From NCBI RefSeq assembly GCF_006345805.1, contig NC_042997.1:31806001-31870000 (forward strand): a stretch of 64,000 bases of DNA, read 5' to 3'. Within the stretch, counting starts at the first letter, position 1; each line of letters starts with the position of its first letter. The stretch comes from Octopus sinensis (taxonomy: Eukaryota). Both the position numbers and the translations under genes were made by a program. This document shows positions 62,993 to 64,000 of this stretch, one piece after another. The notes beneath the pieces were generated by a model. That model was given only the letters and a program-made list of their open reading frames with translations, had not been told where the DNA came from and did not search any database.

Positions 62993-63612
62993 CAGGAGTT
63001 GGACAAAATAATGGAAACACCTTAACATTTCAAACGAATTTATTTTAATATGGGGAAGGACCGCTTTTGGCAATAATTACAGCTTGAATTCTACGAGGTA
63101 TGGACTTGTACAAAGTTTGAATTGTTTCCAAAGGAATATTTGTTCATTCTTCAGCTAAAACAGTCTCCAGTTCTTGCAGTGGAGGATATCGACTCCTTAC
63201 TTTTTTTTCTAAAATGCACCATAAATGTTCGATAATATTGAGATCTGGGGACTGTGGTGGCCAGATAAGATGTTCAACTTCACTAGAATGTTCCTTGTGC
63301 CATTCAGTAATAACTTTAGCTGTGTGAATTGGTGCATTATCATCCTGAAATATTGCGTTTCCCTCCAGAAACAGTCTCCACATGTATATGAGCACTAATA
63401 ATTTGACCTCTTTGAAAGTCCGATAGATCTGTCATTTTAATGAATTTTAATTACCTTTTTCTGAACAACAATTTTAGCAAAACATATTAAGCAACGCTAA
63501 TAATAAATTTTTTAAAATGCATGAAAATAAACAAGCTTTTGACGGTTTTATAGATATTTCAAAATGATGATGCCATAATACTAGGTGTTTCCATTATTTT
63601 GTCCAACCCCTG
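62993..63612 (-). mobile_element. Internally deleted Tc1-family transposon with 30-bp TIRs and TA TSD
   Basis: TIR cagg(a/g)gttggacaaaataatggaaacacct at both ends; ORF FQDDNAPIHTAK...WPPQSPDLNIIEHLW. Confidence 0.92.
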
Positions 63613-64000
63613 TATATGACAATTTCAAGTTGTACATCGATATAATTACTGTCATTGTCCATATTAACACTGTCACATTGCCGAAAACTGGATATTTGGA
63701 TTCGGTTCATCGTATTCCCAAGCAACTCGATGTTGCTTACGACTATTTTCTTTACTTGCAAATAGTTTAATATCATCGAGTCAGCAAGATAATTTTCGAA
63801 AATACAGTATTTTTCTCATTTCTGCCAAAATATATTGAATTTATTGCGAGAGATTTCAACAATCTGCCGTCATTATTGCCAAAAGCAGAATAAATTTTGC
63901 AACTGTGTTTTACAAGAGTTATTTACCTTAAATTCTTATTATTTCTCAGTTACCTCCCTTTGAACAGTATGGCCTTAAAAATTTTTTTTTTTTCTCTCTA

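Overview
Eukaryotic, AT-rich, microsatellite-dense, repeat-dominated DNA with one 100-N gap (24801-24900). The SINE families resemble those of Octopus or a related coleoid cephalopod (from recall, not verified here). No host gene is securely identifiable: most listed ORFs are microsatellite read-throughs and the real coding remnants are transposable elements. These are a near full-length Tx1/L1-clade LINE in a (GATA)n tract, two R4/Dong-type REL retroelements in (TAA)n tracts, RTE fragments, three Penelope-like (PLE) remnants, Tc1/mariner derivatives, Helitron pieces and many tRNA-derived SINEs. The most interesting signal is non-coding. Two different tandem repeats (about 490-nt and 588-nt monomers) carry type I hammerhead ribozymes with the same unusual architecture: a 67-69-nt extended stem II and a palindromic stem III. 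The 490-nt array is folded into a head-to-head palindrome whose centre lies 5-8 nt from the predicted self-cleavage site. All outer 3' ends run into (TA)n and PLE remnants lie next to both loci, which suggests a retrozyme-like, PLE-mobilised self-cleaving RNA family. All pairings were assigned by eye, with no folding or database search.
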